Source: Hyphomonadaceae bacterium (GTDB taxonomy: Bacteria > Pseudomonadota > Alphaproteobacteria > Caulobacterales > Hyphomonadaceae). From it: a stretch of DNA of 64,000 nucleotides. This document shows, one piece after another, positions 1 through 9,210 of this stretch. Made by a program: the position numbers and the translations under genes. Within the stretch, counting starts at the first letter, position 1. Each line of letters opens with the position of its first letter. The notes beneath the pieces were generated by a model that did no database searches, was not told where the DNA came from, and saw only the letters and a program-made list of their open reading frames with translations. The DNA is taken from positions 16,779 to 80,778 of the forward strand of contig JBDVDE010000015.1 of the NCBI GenBank assembly GCA_039942135.1, written 5' to 3'.

Positions 1-1
1 G

Positions 2-1171
2 CTGAACCATACCGACCTTGACGTATTGCAGGCCGCGACGCTCGATGTCCGGACCCAGCTCGCCAAATACGATACGCTGTTCGATATTGGAGACAATCTA
101 TCTGCATCGGCCGAGGAAATCAGAATTGAACTCAGTCCCGGCGCAGCAGCGCTTGGCCTGACTTTGGCTGATGTCAGCAATCAAGTCAGGCAAGCCTATT
201 TCGGTGAGGAAGCCCAAAGGCTCGCCCGTAACGGAGAAGATGCACGGGTTATGGTCAGGCTCAGCCGCGCTGACCGCGAAAATCTCGACAGCCTGCAAAA
301 CCTACGCATTCGTACGCAGGACGGCCGCGAAATTCCACTGGCACAAGTCGCCCAGCTGTCCTTTGCGCCTGGCATTAATCGTATCCAGCGACAAGATCGT
401 ACCCGCTCCGCACGCGTGTTCGCAGAAGTGGTTGGTGATACGCGCGGCCAGATCATGGACGACATGCGCCAGAATTACTGGCCAGGTTTTGCGGATCGTT
501 TCCCAACCATCTCTCGGCAGCGCGCAGGCGGCTTTGAGGAAGAGCAAGAGTTCTTCCAGGAACTGGCTCTCCTCGCTGCTGGTGCATTGCTTGGCATGTA
601 TATTCTCCTCGCCATCGCATTCAAATCCTACTTCCAGCCACTCTTGCTCATGACTGCCATTCCATTCGCTTATGCAGGGGCGGTGTTTGGACACCTCGCA
701 TTCGATGTGCCGATGGCCATGTTCTCGATTTTCGGGATTGGTGCCGCAGCCGGTGTTGTCATCAACGACAATCTGGTTCTCGTGGATTACGTCAACAAAC
801 GGCGTGAAGAAGGCGCAGGCGCCGTGCAGGCTCTAGTTGATGCCGGCGTGTCGCGGTTCCGACCGATCTTGTTGACCTCGGTTACGACATTTGTGGGTAT
901 TCTACCACTTCTCGCCGAACGCTCGATCAATGCGCAATTCTTGCGTCCGATGGTTGTCTCTCTTGGGTGTGCAGTGCTCTTCGCCCTGTTCGTATCGCTG
1001 ATCATGGTGCCTGCGCTTTATGCCGTAGGAACGGAGATTGGGCGCCTCTTCCGTCGTATATTCCTCGGTCGCCCATATCGGTCGATCGGCGAAACCTATG
1101 AAGGCGTCGTGTATGATGACAATGACGAGGTCGCACCATCACCCGCCCCGCATCAAGCTCCCGCCGAGTAA
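2..1171 (+). CDS. RND (AcrB/HAE-type) efflux transporter permease, C-terminal part. The gene continues off the left edge.
   Basis: The frame is open from base 2. It encodes a periplasmic-domain-like segment followed by several hydrophobic TM helices (LLAIAFKSYFQPLLLMTAIPF, GIGAAAGVVINDNLVLVDY, ILLTSVTTFVGILPLL), as in RND pump C-termini. Confidence 0.85.
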   Translation: MNHTDLDVLQAATLDVRTQLAKYDTLFDIGDNLSASAEEIRIELSPGAAALGLTLADVSNQVRQAYFGEEAQRLARNGEDARVMVRLSRADRENLDSLQNLRIRTQDGREIPLAQVAQLSFAPGINRIQRQDRTRSARVFAEVVGDTRGQIMDDMRQNYWPGFADRFPTISRQRAGGFEEEQEFFQELALLAAGALLGMYILLAIAFKSYFQPLLLMTAIPFAYAGAVFGHLAFDVPMAMFSIFGIGAAAGVVINDNLVLVDYVNKRREEGAGAVQALVDAGVSRFRPILLTSVTTFVGILPLLAERSINAQFLRPMVVSLGCAVLFALFVSLIMVPALYAVGTEIGRLFRRIFLGRPYRSIGETYEGVVYDDNDEVAPSPAPHQAPAE

Positions 1172-1236
1172 ACACTTGCGCGTAATCTGCAATTGACGCA
1201 AAATTAGACCAATTATCAACCATTGTGAGGAATCCT

Positions 1237-3399
1237 ATGAAACAGCTATTGCTTGCGACATCCGCACTGGCCCTACTCGTGGCCTGTTCACCGTCGACGC
1301 CATCAGAGCCAAGCGCATCGGCTGAAGCGACCGCGGCAGCGTCTGACTTTGTGCCCCGTCCCGTTGAGGTCCGTGGCCGCGATGAATGGGGTGAGTTCGG
1401 AATTGATCTGGAATCTGTCAAAGCATCGGTAGCCCCCGGCACGAATTTCTTCGAGCATGTAAACGGTGTCTGGCTTGATGAATTTGTGATGCCAGATGAC
1501 GCGTCGCGCTATGGCGGATTTACAATCCTACGGGAAAAATCTGAAGGCCGCGTCCGGAACATCATTGAAGAATTGGCGTCTGCGTCTCCAAGCGTTGACA
1601 CACTCAATGGCAAAATTGCTGCCCTTTACAATGCCTATATGGATGTCGATGCAATCGAAGCAACTGGCCTCTCGAATGCCCAACCTTTCCTCGACGAAAT
1701 CGCCGCAATCTCTTCATATGAAGATCTGGCACACGCCTTTGGATCAAGCGGCTACAGTTCGCCAGTCGGCGGCTTCGTCGATCTAGATTCCAAGCAGCCT
1801 GACACTTACGTGTTCCAAATCACCCAATCAGGGCTCGGCCTGCCGGATCGCAATTATTACCTTGAAGACAATGAGCGCAATGAAGCCATTCGTGCTGCGT
1901 ATCGTAACTATTTGACGATCTTGCTACATGAAGCGGGCTATGAAGATGTTGGCGCCACAGCAGATGCCGTGCTGGCACTTGAAACAAGAATAGCCGCCGA
2001 ACACTGGGACCGCACGGTTAGCCGCGACCGCAACCTCACCTATAACAAGCTCACACGTGACGACCTGTTGAAACTTGGCGCAGGCTTCCCAGTTGCCGAG
2101 ATGCTCGCAAAAATTGGCACCGATAACCAAGAGCATTTCCTGGTTCGGCAAGTGCTTCCAACCGAGGCCGAGGTCACCGAACTCGGTTTGAGCCAAGAAC
2201 AGCTTTCGAAACTTGGCGGCGGTATTGGCGGCCTGTTCCGTGTTGCCGCCGAAACAGATCTGGACACTTGGAAAGCCTATCTAACTGCGCAGTTCTTATC
2301 GGACTATTCGGCTGTACTTCCTGCCACCATCGACAATGCCTCGTTCGAAATGTACGGCAAGACATTGCGCGGGCAAGAAGTTCAGCGTGACCGTTGGAAG
2401 CGTGCCGTGGGTGCCGTTGAAGGTGCTCTGGGCGAAGGCGTCGGCCAAATCTATGCCGAGCGTCATTTCCCTGCCGAAAACAAGACCGCAATGGATGAAC
2501 TTGTCGAAAACCTAAGACGCGCCATGGCCGTTAATCTCGACGACATTACCTGGATGGGTGAGGCCACCAAGGTTGAAGCCCGCGACAAGCTGGCAAAGTT
2601 CGCGCCGAAAATCGGGTTCACCGAACGGTTCGAAACCTATGACACGCTTTCGCTATCCACCGATAATGCCCTCGGCAATTCGGTTGCTTCTGGGGACTGG
2701 GCGTTCCGTGAAAATCTGGCGAAACTTGGCAAGCCGGTCGATAAGACCGAATGGTTCATGTTCCCGCAAACCGTCAATGCCTACTACTCCCCGGTTCGCA
2801 ACGAGATCGTGTTCCCTGCTGGAATTTTGCAGCCGCCATTCTTCAATCTCGCAGCTGATCCAGCGGTCAATTATGGCGCCATTGGCGGCGTGATCGGACA
2901 CGAAATGGGTCACGGGTTTGACGACCAAGGCGCTAAGTCTGATGGTGACGGCTTCTTGCGCAACTGGTGGACCGACGAAGACGGTGACGCCTTCAAGGCC
3001 CTCACCGATGCCCTCGTCGCTCAATTTGATAGCTTCTGCCCGCTTGATAATGGCGAGACGTGTGTGAATGGACGCCTGACCCTCGGCGAGAACATTGGCG
3101 ACCTTGGCGGTCTTTCAATGGCCTACCGCGCTTATCAGATTAGTCTGAACGGTGAAGAGGCTCCGATCATTGAAGGCCTTACAGGCGATCAGCGCTTCTT
3201 CATGGCCTGGGCGCAAGTCTGGCGGAACAAGATCCGCGACGAAGCCTTGGCTCAGCAGATGATTGGTGATCCACACGCGCCAGCCCGCTATCGGGTCAAC
3301 GGCGTGGTCCGAAATTTTGACGAGTGGTACGAAGCCTTCGGGATCACTGAGGATGATCCACTCTATCTGCCACCGGAACAACGCATCCGCATCTGGTAG
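1237..3399 (+). CDS. M13 family zinc metallopeptidase (PepO / endothelin-converting-enzyme-like), probable lipoprotein
   Basis: 720-aa ORF with a signal/lipobox-like N-terminus (LALLVACSPS), the HExxH zinc motif GHEMGHGFDDQG and the downstream ENIGDLGG motif. The ATG at 1237 follows GAGGAA, and the ORF-track start at 1225 is GTG. Confidence 0.9.
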   Translation: MKQLLLATSALALLVACSPSTPSEPSASAEATAAASDFVPRPVEVRGRDEWGEFGIDLESVKASVAPGTNFFEHVNGVWLDEFVMPDDASRYGGFTILREKSEGRVRNIIEELASASPSVDTLNGKIAALYNAYMDVDAIEATGLSNAQPFLDEIAAISSYEDLAHAFGSSGYSSPVGGFVDLDSKQPDTYVFQITQSGLGLPDRNYYLEDNERNEAIRAAYRNYLTILLHEAGYEDVGATADAVLALETRIAAEHWDRTVSRDRNLTYNKLTRDDLLKLGAGFPVAEMLAKIGTDNQEHFLVRQVLPTEAEVTELGLSQEQLSKLGGGIGGLFRVAAETDLDTWKAYLTAQFLSDYSAVLPATIDNASFEMYGKTLRGQEVQRDRWKRAVGAVEGALGEGVGQIYAERHFPAENKTAMDELVENLRRAMAVNLDDITWMGEATKVEARDKLAKFAPKIGFTERFETYDTLSLSTDNALGNSVASGDWAFRENLAKLGKPVDKTEWFMFPQTVNAYYSPVRNEIVFPAGILQPPFFNLAADPAVNYGAIGGVIGHEMGHGFDDQGAKSDGDGFLRNWWTDEDGDAFKALTDALVAQFDSFCPLDNGETCVNGRLTLGENIGDLGGLSMAYRAYQISLNGEEAPIIEGLTGDQRFFMAWAQVWRNKIRDEALAQQMIGDPHAPARYRVNGVVRNFDEWYEAFGITEDDPLYLPPEQRIRIW

Positions 3400-3424
3400 G
3401 CGAAGACCAATATCTCGACATCAA

Positions 3425-3458
3425 GGGCGATGCTGTTTTCCAGCGTCGCCCTTTTTTC
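3425..3458 (+). terminator. Rho-independent terminator after the M13 peptidase gene
   Basis: GGGCGATGCTG ... CAGCGTCGCCC stem (one G-T wobble) followed by TTTTTTC. Confidence 0.6.
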
Positions 3459-3623
3459 TTGATCATTACCCAAACTATATTGAAGACAACTCCCTATCAC
3501 AGCGCGAATATTCAAACAGAATGGTTATCAAAAGAATTCAGCAGATTTGCGAATTCGGTTTGTATTGTCGGTAGACTTGCGATCATATAGCGCTCCATTT
3601 GTTAACTTGGAAGGATAAGTAAA

Positions 3624-3854
3624 ATGGCTATTATGAAATCAGAACAAATCATGTCGGAATCTAAGAAGAGCTTTGAAGACGCGATTCAAGTCGCTGTCAC
3701 GCGCTTTTCAAAAACCGTCCGCAATCTGCGGTCCGCCAATGTAAACAATATGTCCACTGTCGTTTCGAACGGCAAAATCGTGATGTATCGCGTGAACCTG
3801 CAAATGACTTTCGAAGTCGGTGCGCCACGCAAGAAGGCAGCAGCCAAGAAATAA
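3624..3854 (+). CDS. Dodecin-family small flavin-binding protein
   Basis: 76 aa. The SFEDAIQVAVTRFSKTVRNLRS ... YRVNLQMTFEV pattern matches the dodecin fold family as I remember it. A GGAAGGA RBS lies upstream. Confidence 0.65.
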   Translation: MAIMKSEQIMSESKKSFEDAIQVAVTRFSKTVRNLRSANVNNMSTVVSNGKIVMYRVNLQMTFEVGAPRKKAAAKK

Positions 3855-3878
3855 GCTTAGCCCGCTAAGCTAAAAATG

Positions 3879-3917
3879 GCCCGCAAGAAGCGTTCACTCG
3901 CTCCTTGCGGGTTTTTT
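3879..3917 (+). terminator. Rho-independent terminator after the dodecin gene
   Basis: CCCGCAAGAAGCG / CTCCTTGCGGG stem followed by TTTTTTG. Confidence 0.7.
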
Positions 3918-4042
3918 GTACCTGTCGGTGACCGGATATATTTCGTCATTTCATCAATAAGGCGGCACTAGGCACTTGACCAAAGCCCGCTTGAGAGGTT
4001 CTTTCTTCGCAAGCGCAACATTTATGCAAGGACACTTTATTC

Positions 4043-5224
4043 ATGTCACAATCGGATCCCGTCGTAATCGTTGGAATGGCCCGCACACCTATGGGCGGCC
4101 TCCTCGGCGAACTGTCATCATTCTCCGCAAATGAGCTGGGGGCATTCGCCGTGAAAGCCGCAGTGGATGAAGCGAAACTCAATGCAGACGAAGCTGACGA
4201 GATCATTATGGGCAATTGCCTGCCCGCCGGTCAGGGACAGGCTCCAGCTCGCCAGTCAGGTTTCAAAGCTGGCATGGACAAGGGGCTCGAAGCGACGACC
4301 ATCAACAAGATGTGTGGTTCCGGCCTGCAAGCGGCTGTCATGGGCCGCAACGCGATCCTCGCTGGTGAAGCCAATATCGTGATTGCTGGCGGCATGGAGA
4401 GCATGACCAATGCGCCTCACCTCCTCGATGTCCGCTCCGGTCACAAATATGGCGACATGGGCGCAAAAGATCACATGGCGCTTGATGGCCTGACCGACGC
4501 CTATGCTGGCGGCCCAATGGGGAATTTCGCCGACATGATCGCAACCGAGTACCAATTCACCCGCGAGCAACAAGACGCCTATGCACTCGAAACCCTCGCC
4601 CGCGCACAAAAAGCCACCGAAGACGGCAAGTTCAAGCGCGAGATTGCTCCGGTCACCGTAAAGACTCGCAAAGGCGAGCATGTCGTTGAAACAGACGAGC
4701 TTCCCCGCACGGCCCGCCCGGAAAAGATCCCGAGCCTGCGCCCCGCTTTCTCGAAAGACGGAACCGTGACCGCCGCCAATGCGTCAGCCATTTCAGACGG
4801 CGCTGCTGCCATCGTCCTGATGCGCCAGTCCGAAGCTGACAAGCGCGGCCTCACCCCGATCGCGAAAATCGTATCAACCGCTAGCCACGCACATGAGCCG
4901 GAATACTTCACCACCGCGCCTGTGCCTGCCATGAACAAGGCACTAGAAAAAGCCGGCTGGAGCAAGGACGATGTTGATCTTTGGGAAGTCAACGAAGCCT
5001 TTGCCGTGGTACCGATGATCGCGATGAAAGAACTAGGCATCACCCACGACAAGCTCAACGTAAACGGCGGCGCCTGCGCGATGGGTCACCCGATCGGTGC
5101 ATCAGGCGCGCGGGTTCTCATCACCCTTCTCGCCGCAATGGAAGATCGCGACGCCAAAAAGGGCATGGCCAGCCTCTGCATCGGCGGCGGCGAAGGCATC
5201 GCAATGGCGGTTGAGCGGGTTTAG
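4043..5224 (+). CDS. Acetyl-CoA C-acetyltransferase (thiolase II)
   Basis: 393 aa with an active-site Cys context (NKMCGSGLQA) and the C-terminal thiolase signatures NVNGGACAMGHPIGASGAR and CIGGGEGIAM. Confidence 0.93.
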   Translation: MSQSDPVVIVGMARTPMGGLLGELSSFSANELGAFAVKAAVDEAKLNADEADEIIMGNCLPAGQGQAPARQSGFKAGMDKGLEATTINKMCGSGLQAAVMGRNAILAGEANIVIAGGMESMTNAPHLLDVRSGHKYGDMGAKDHMALDGLTDAYAGGPMGNFADMIATEYQFTREQQDAYALETLARAQKATEDGKFKREIAPVTVKTRKGEHVVETDELPRTARPEKIPSLRPAFSKDGTVTAANASAISDGAAAIVLMRQSEADKRGLTPIAKIVSTASHAHEPEYFTTAPVPAMNKALEKAGWSKDDVDLWEVNEAFAVVPMIAMKELGITHDKLNVNGGACAMGHPIGASGARVLITLLAAMEDRDAKKGMASLCIGGGEGIAMAVERV

Positions 5225-5236
5225 TCCTGAAGGTTT

Positions 5237-5267
5237 GAGGGCAAAGCTCAATCGCCGCTTTGCCCTC
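5237..5267. terminator. Hairpin between convergent genes (possible bidirectional terminator, no clear U-tract)
   Basis: GAGGGCAAAGC - 9 nt - GCTTTGCCCTC, a perfect 11-bp stem between the thiolase stop and the stop of the minus-strand gene. Confidence 0.4.
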
Positions 5268-5640
5268 ACCCTAACCGCTCATCCAGTTTGATCAGCCGCA
5301 ACTCTATCCGCTTCAGTTCGCGCATCATCGCCAGCATATGCATGCGGCTGGTCAAAAACAGACGCAAAATGCCCTGTCCTGTGATGCCTAGAATTGCACC
5401 ACCCATCCACAGAACACTATGTTTGACATTCTCGGTGTGAAACGCCTCCCAGACAAACCAGACCGAAAGAGCCACTAGCGCAAAGGCCACCGCCAGTATC
5501 ATAATACCGATCCACCCTTGAGGACCTTTAAAAGTTGCAAAGAGCTGGCTGAAAAACCCTTGCCCCGACTCCAAATCGGCAAGGAATTCCTCGTCCGCCG
5601 TGCTGAGGCGTGCACGTAAATCATCATCAAGTTTGGTCAT
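5266..5640 (-). CDS. Small two-TM membrane protein translationally coupled to the ECF sigma factor (possible anti-sigma or partner protein)
   Basis: 124 aa with two hydrophobic helices. Its start overlaps the sigma-factor stop by 14 nt. Confidence 0.6.
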   Translation of the reverse strand: MTKLDDDLRARLSTADEEFLADLESGQGFFSQLFATFKGPQGWIGIMILAVAFALVALSVWFVWEAFHTENVKHSVLWMGGAILGITGQGILRLFLTSRMHMLAMMRELKRIELRLIKLDERLG

Positions 5641-6202
5641 TGTCTTCTCCTGATAAAGCCGCCTTCAATTTCCGGCGGGCATGGTAAATGCGGGACTGGA
5701 TTGTGCCCAATGGACGGTCCAGCGCCGCGGCGATGTCTGCGAGGGTCAGCTCCTCGGCAAAATACAATATGGCAACCGTGCGGTGTTCAGCCGAGAGCAC
5801 ATCAAATGCCTGACTAAGCTCCATCCGCAATTCCCCGAGCGCAGGCTGCGCCGTCTCAAATGCTTCTGCCCCGGCTTGACTGCGGTCCCTATTGCGCGCC
5901 TTTTGGCGTACGGCATCAAAACATTTGCGGCGCAATATCCCGAAGGCCCAAGGCGAGAACTTCGCCGGCTCCTTCAACTTGCGCCAATTGCGGCAAATCC
6001 CGACCCACGCCTCCTGCGCCGCCATCTCGGCCAGTTCGCGGTCGCCAGTTAGGTGCATGGCCACGCGCATTAACCGCATTTGCCAACGCGCGCCAAGCCG
6101 GTCCACAGCCCGTTGCTCGCCCGCAAGGATACCGAGCACCAGCATCTCGTCGATGACGCGGTCACGGGCGCTATAGCGCTGCAAGGCTTTGTCTTTGCTC
6201 AT
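5627..6202 (-). CDS. ECF-type RNA polymerase sigma-70 family factor
   Basis: 191 aa with region 2 (EAWVGICRNWRKL) and a region 4 HTH (LTLADIAAALDRPLGTIQSRIYHARRKL). Confidence 0.85.
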   Translation of the reverse strand: MSKDKALQRYSARDRVIDEMLVLGILAGEQRAVDRLGARWQMRLMRVAMHLTGDRELAEMAAQEAWVGICRNWRKLKEPAKFSPWAFGILRRKCFDAVRQKARNRDRSQAGAEAFETAQPALGELRMELSQAFDVLSAEHRTVAILYFAEELTLADIAAALDRPLGTIQSRIYHARRKLKAALSGEDNDQT

Positions 6203-6328
6203 TTGCTTGATAGTCTCGCTGCAAGAGCGTTTTGTTCAATAGCAGATCCCGATTTTCTGCTGATGCCGCCGGACACCCATCCGAAGCGCGAGCAACGCCC
6301 AGCCAGATTGCAGAAAAGAAAGCACTTC

Positions 6329-7399
6329 ATGAGCACACCCGATCACGCCCCTGCCATCCTCGCCCATTTCACGGAACAAGGTCGCTGGTGCCGCCAATTG
6401 GGGTCTGATTTTACCGCTGACATGATCGATCAGTTCGCCGCAGACTATCAGGCAAATGGGCCGATCGCGCAGCTACTCGCAGACTGGCCCAGCGATCCAC
6501 GCGCGGACGCCCTCGCCTTGCGGATCTGCGCAGCACTAAACGGGGCCGGAATTATGGGACAGTCTCCCGAATTGGCCGCAGTATATCCGCAAGCAAATCC
6601 GGAAGCCTCGGCCGCTGATATCTGGCCTATCGCGCACGACTTTCTCATCAGCAATATGGACTGGGTACGCGCCTATCTACACTACGCGCCGCAGACCAAT
6701 GAGACAGCGCGATCAATAGCGCTTCTCCCCGGATTTCTAGATCTCGCCGCGCGCTATGACTTGCCAATGAACTTGCTCGAACTGGGGGCCAGCGCCGGAC
6801 TAAACCAGAACTGGGACAAGTTCGGCTACAAGACAGAAAGCTGGTCGCGCGATGGGACAAGCCAAGTGTGCATATCTACAGATTGGAAAGGACCGCCGCC
6901 CGCCAATCTCGATGCCACATTCAACATCTCCAGCCGCGCAGGATGCGATCTAAACCCCTTGGATATCCACGACCCTCATGAAGCTTTACGCCTACGCAGT
7001 TATATCTGGCCCGATCAAAGCGCGCGGCTAAACCGCTTCGACGGAGCTTTAAAACTTGCCCGGCAAATGAATACACGGATCGACACCGCCGATGCCTTGG
7101 AATGGCTAGCCGCAAAACTCGCCGCGCGGCCGAGCAACGCGCTCACGATTGTCTATCACTCGGTCTTTTTACAATATCCGCCGATCGCCGTGATCCGCAA
7201 AATCATGGCCCAGATCCGCGCTGCGGGCGAACAGGCCGACAAGAATGCGCCGCTCGCTTGGCTATGCTTCGAGCCTGAAGCCCTGTTCGCGGGAGCGCAA
7301 AATTCACCCAAAGTCATCACCCGTCTGCAAACATGGCCCGGCGGCGATGTTAAAGTCTGTGGCTCGTCGAATGGCCATGTAACTAGGTTTGAGGCTTAA
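6329..7399 (+). CDS. DUF2332-like protein of unknown function
   Basis: ATG at 6329 (MSTPDHAPAILAHFTEQGRWCRQLGS...). The ORF-track start at 6080 would overlap the divergent sigma gene. The family assignment is from memory of DUF2332 N-terminal patterns. Confidence 0.6.
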   Translation: MSTPDHAPAILAHFTEQGRWCRQLGSDFTADMIDQFAADYQANGPIAQLLADWPSDPRADALALRICAALNGAGIMGQSPELAAVYPQANPEASAADIWPIAHDFLISNMDWVRAYLHYAPQTNETARSIALLPGFLDLAARYDLPMNLLELGASAGLNQNWDKFGYKTESWSRDGTSQVCISTDWKGPPPANLDATFNISSRAGCDLNPLDIHDPHEALRLRSYIWPDQSARLNRFDGALKLARQMNTRIDTADALEWLAAKLAARPSNALTIVYHSVFLQYPPIAVIRKIMAQIRAAGEQADKNAPLAWLCFEPEALFAGAQNSPKVITRLQTWPGGDVKVCGSSNGHVTRFEA

Positions 7400-7722
7400 C
7401 GCGGACCACGGCGTGTCATAATTATACCGTGCCCCTAAAAAGGTCGCGGCCCTCCGTTTCCGGAAGGCCGCGCAGACACCCATTCCCCTTAAAGAGCGCC
7501 TATTTCGACAAGATGGCCGCTAATTGCCAAGCTTCGATACCCTGTTAAATCCCATGCCGAATGAACATTATCTGAACGCTAGGACGCCGAAAAATCATCT
7601 GTAGTTCGCAAGGCGACCCAACTCTGAATTGACGCAAATTTATAGCGGGCTACATCCCGCTAGCTCTTGGAGAAGCCCCCAAAGCAATGGTAAACTGACG
7701 AAGAACAGTCAAAGGCAACACT

Positions 7723-8550
7723 ATGAGCAATGCTAATGGATATAATGATGGCGGCCGCCGCCGCTGGAGCATTCTTCTGATTTTCTTGCTGCTCGTCGGC
7801 TTTGGTGCCGTTGCAGTCTGGTTCTGGATGAATCAGGAAACCGCAAGCAACGCCATTGAAACCGTGGAGGTCAGTCATCCATCCCTAGAAGCCATTCCTG
7901 CCCCGACGCAGCTTACGCGTGAGCCTGTTTCAGATGAGCAAGCCGTCGAAGACGGAACCCTGAGCCGCTTCAATAACGAATTGTGGCTCGAGTCCCGAAC
8001 ATTTATCGGCACAGACAAAAATGGACGCACCGCGAACCTGCGAATCTATATCCTGAGCCAGGACTATGCTTGGGCCTTTGGCGCGGGAAACGACATTGTT
8101 AAAGATGGACAGAGTGTTCCAATAGCCAGCATGTTTAGTGGCGACGATTTCCAAGAACGGTTTTGCGCCTCCGACAATCTAATGGCAATCGGCACATCCT
8201 CTTTCGAAGGTCCTCAAGAGCTTAATCACCGCCTTGCCCGAACACGCGGACAGGCCCTCGTTGCTTCATTGACAAACCTGAAGGCAAGCTGTGATACCGC
8301 TGGGCCGTCTCTGCTGGCGGCGAGCTTGGGTGAACATGCCGAGACATCACCATGTCCGGGCCGTGTGCGCTGCCCCGAGGCAACGCAATCACAAAGGCGC
8401 ATATTGCTGGTTGGCGTCAATGGCAGCGAGGACGGCATCAATTATGACGAAGCATTATGGAGCGGTATGCGCCGCTTCGATGCTGGAGAAGATGGCTTCT
8501 TTCGCGACTTCAGACTCGCAGATTACGACCAGTTCGAAGTGTTGAACTAG
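7723..8550 (+). CDS. Hypothetical membrane-anchored protein
   Basis: 275 aa with a single N-terminal TM helix (WSILLIFLLLVGFGAVAVWFW). I recognise no motif. Confidence 0.5.
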   Translation: MSNANGYNDGGRRRWSILLIFLLLVGFGAVAVWFWMNQETASNAIETVEVSHPSLEAIPAPTQLTREPVSDEQAVEDGTLSRFNNELWLESRTFIGTDKNGRTANLRIYILSQDYAWAFGAGNDIVKDGQSVPIASMFSGDDFQERFCASDNLMAIGTSSFEGPQELNHRLARTRGQALVASLTNLKASCDTAGPSLLAASLGEHAETSPCPGRVRCPEATQSQRRILLVGVNGSEDGINYDEALWSGMRRFDAGEDGFFRDFRLADYDQFEVLN

Positions 8551-8575
8551 ACAAACGCACCCCGCGATACACCAA

Positions 8576-9076
8576 TCAAATAGTGTCGGTTGGTGGCGAT
8601 TGCTCAAGTAGCTCCAAAGGCAAACTCGTACTCCGTTTTGCAACGCGCACGACGATGCGGGACTGAACGTCTGACACCAATGCAGAGCCTAGCAATTTGT
8701 CACGCAAAAAGTCGTCATAGGCATGCATATCGGTTGTAACCACACGGATCACATAGTCGACCGCGCCGGTTACCGTCATGCACTCGGACACTTCCGACCA
8801 CTCTTGAACCATAGATTCAAATGCATTGAGGTTGTCCCGATTGGGCAAGGCCAATTTAACGCTCGCCACAACTTCGAAATCAAGTCCCAACAGGTTCCGG
8901 TCCAGCAATGTGACCCGTTTCTGAATGACACCTTGCTCTTCCATTCGCTTAATGCGCCGCCAGCATGGTGACGAAGACAAGCCTACTTTTTCAGCAATTT
9001 CCGCAACGGATAAGCCTGCATTCGATTGCAACAAATCGAGAATTTTTGCATCTACACTATCAATTGAATTTGGCAC
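8576..9076 (-). CDS. Lrp/AsnC family transcriptional regulator
   Basis: 166 aa with an N-terminal HTH (DAKILDLLQSNAGLSVAEIAEKVGLSSSPCWRRIKRMEEQGVI) and a C-terminal RAM-like domain. Confidence 0.9.
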   Translation of the reverse strand: MPNSIDSVDAKILDLLQSNAGLSVAEIAEKVGLSSSPCWRRIKRMEEQGVIQKRVTLLDRNLLGLDFEVVASVKLALPNRDNLNAFESMVQEWSEVSECMTVTGAVDYVIRVVTTDMHAYDDFLRDKLLGSALVSDVQSRIVVRVAKRSTSLPLELLEQSPPTDTI

Positions 9077-9210
9077 ACAGCCCCCTTAGTCATCCGTATT
9101 TCGGTATATTTTGCCGATACTAACGGATAATTTGGGATATGGAAGCAATACTTGCCTAAAATATGCAAAATGAAAGAGCTAATCCGCAACGGTAAATCGC
9201 ATTGCATGCA

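Noticed and set aside
6080-6328. N-terminal extension of the DUF2332-like ORF (ORF-track start at 6080)
   Set aside because: It would overlap the divergent ECF sigma gene by more than 120 nt. The internal ATG at 6329 gives a sensible N-terminus.
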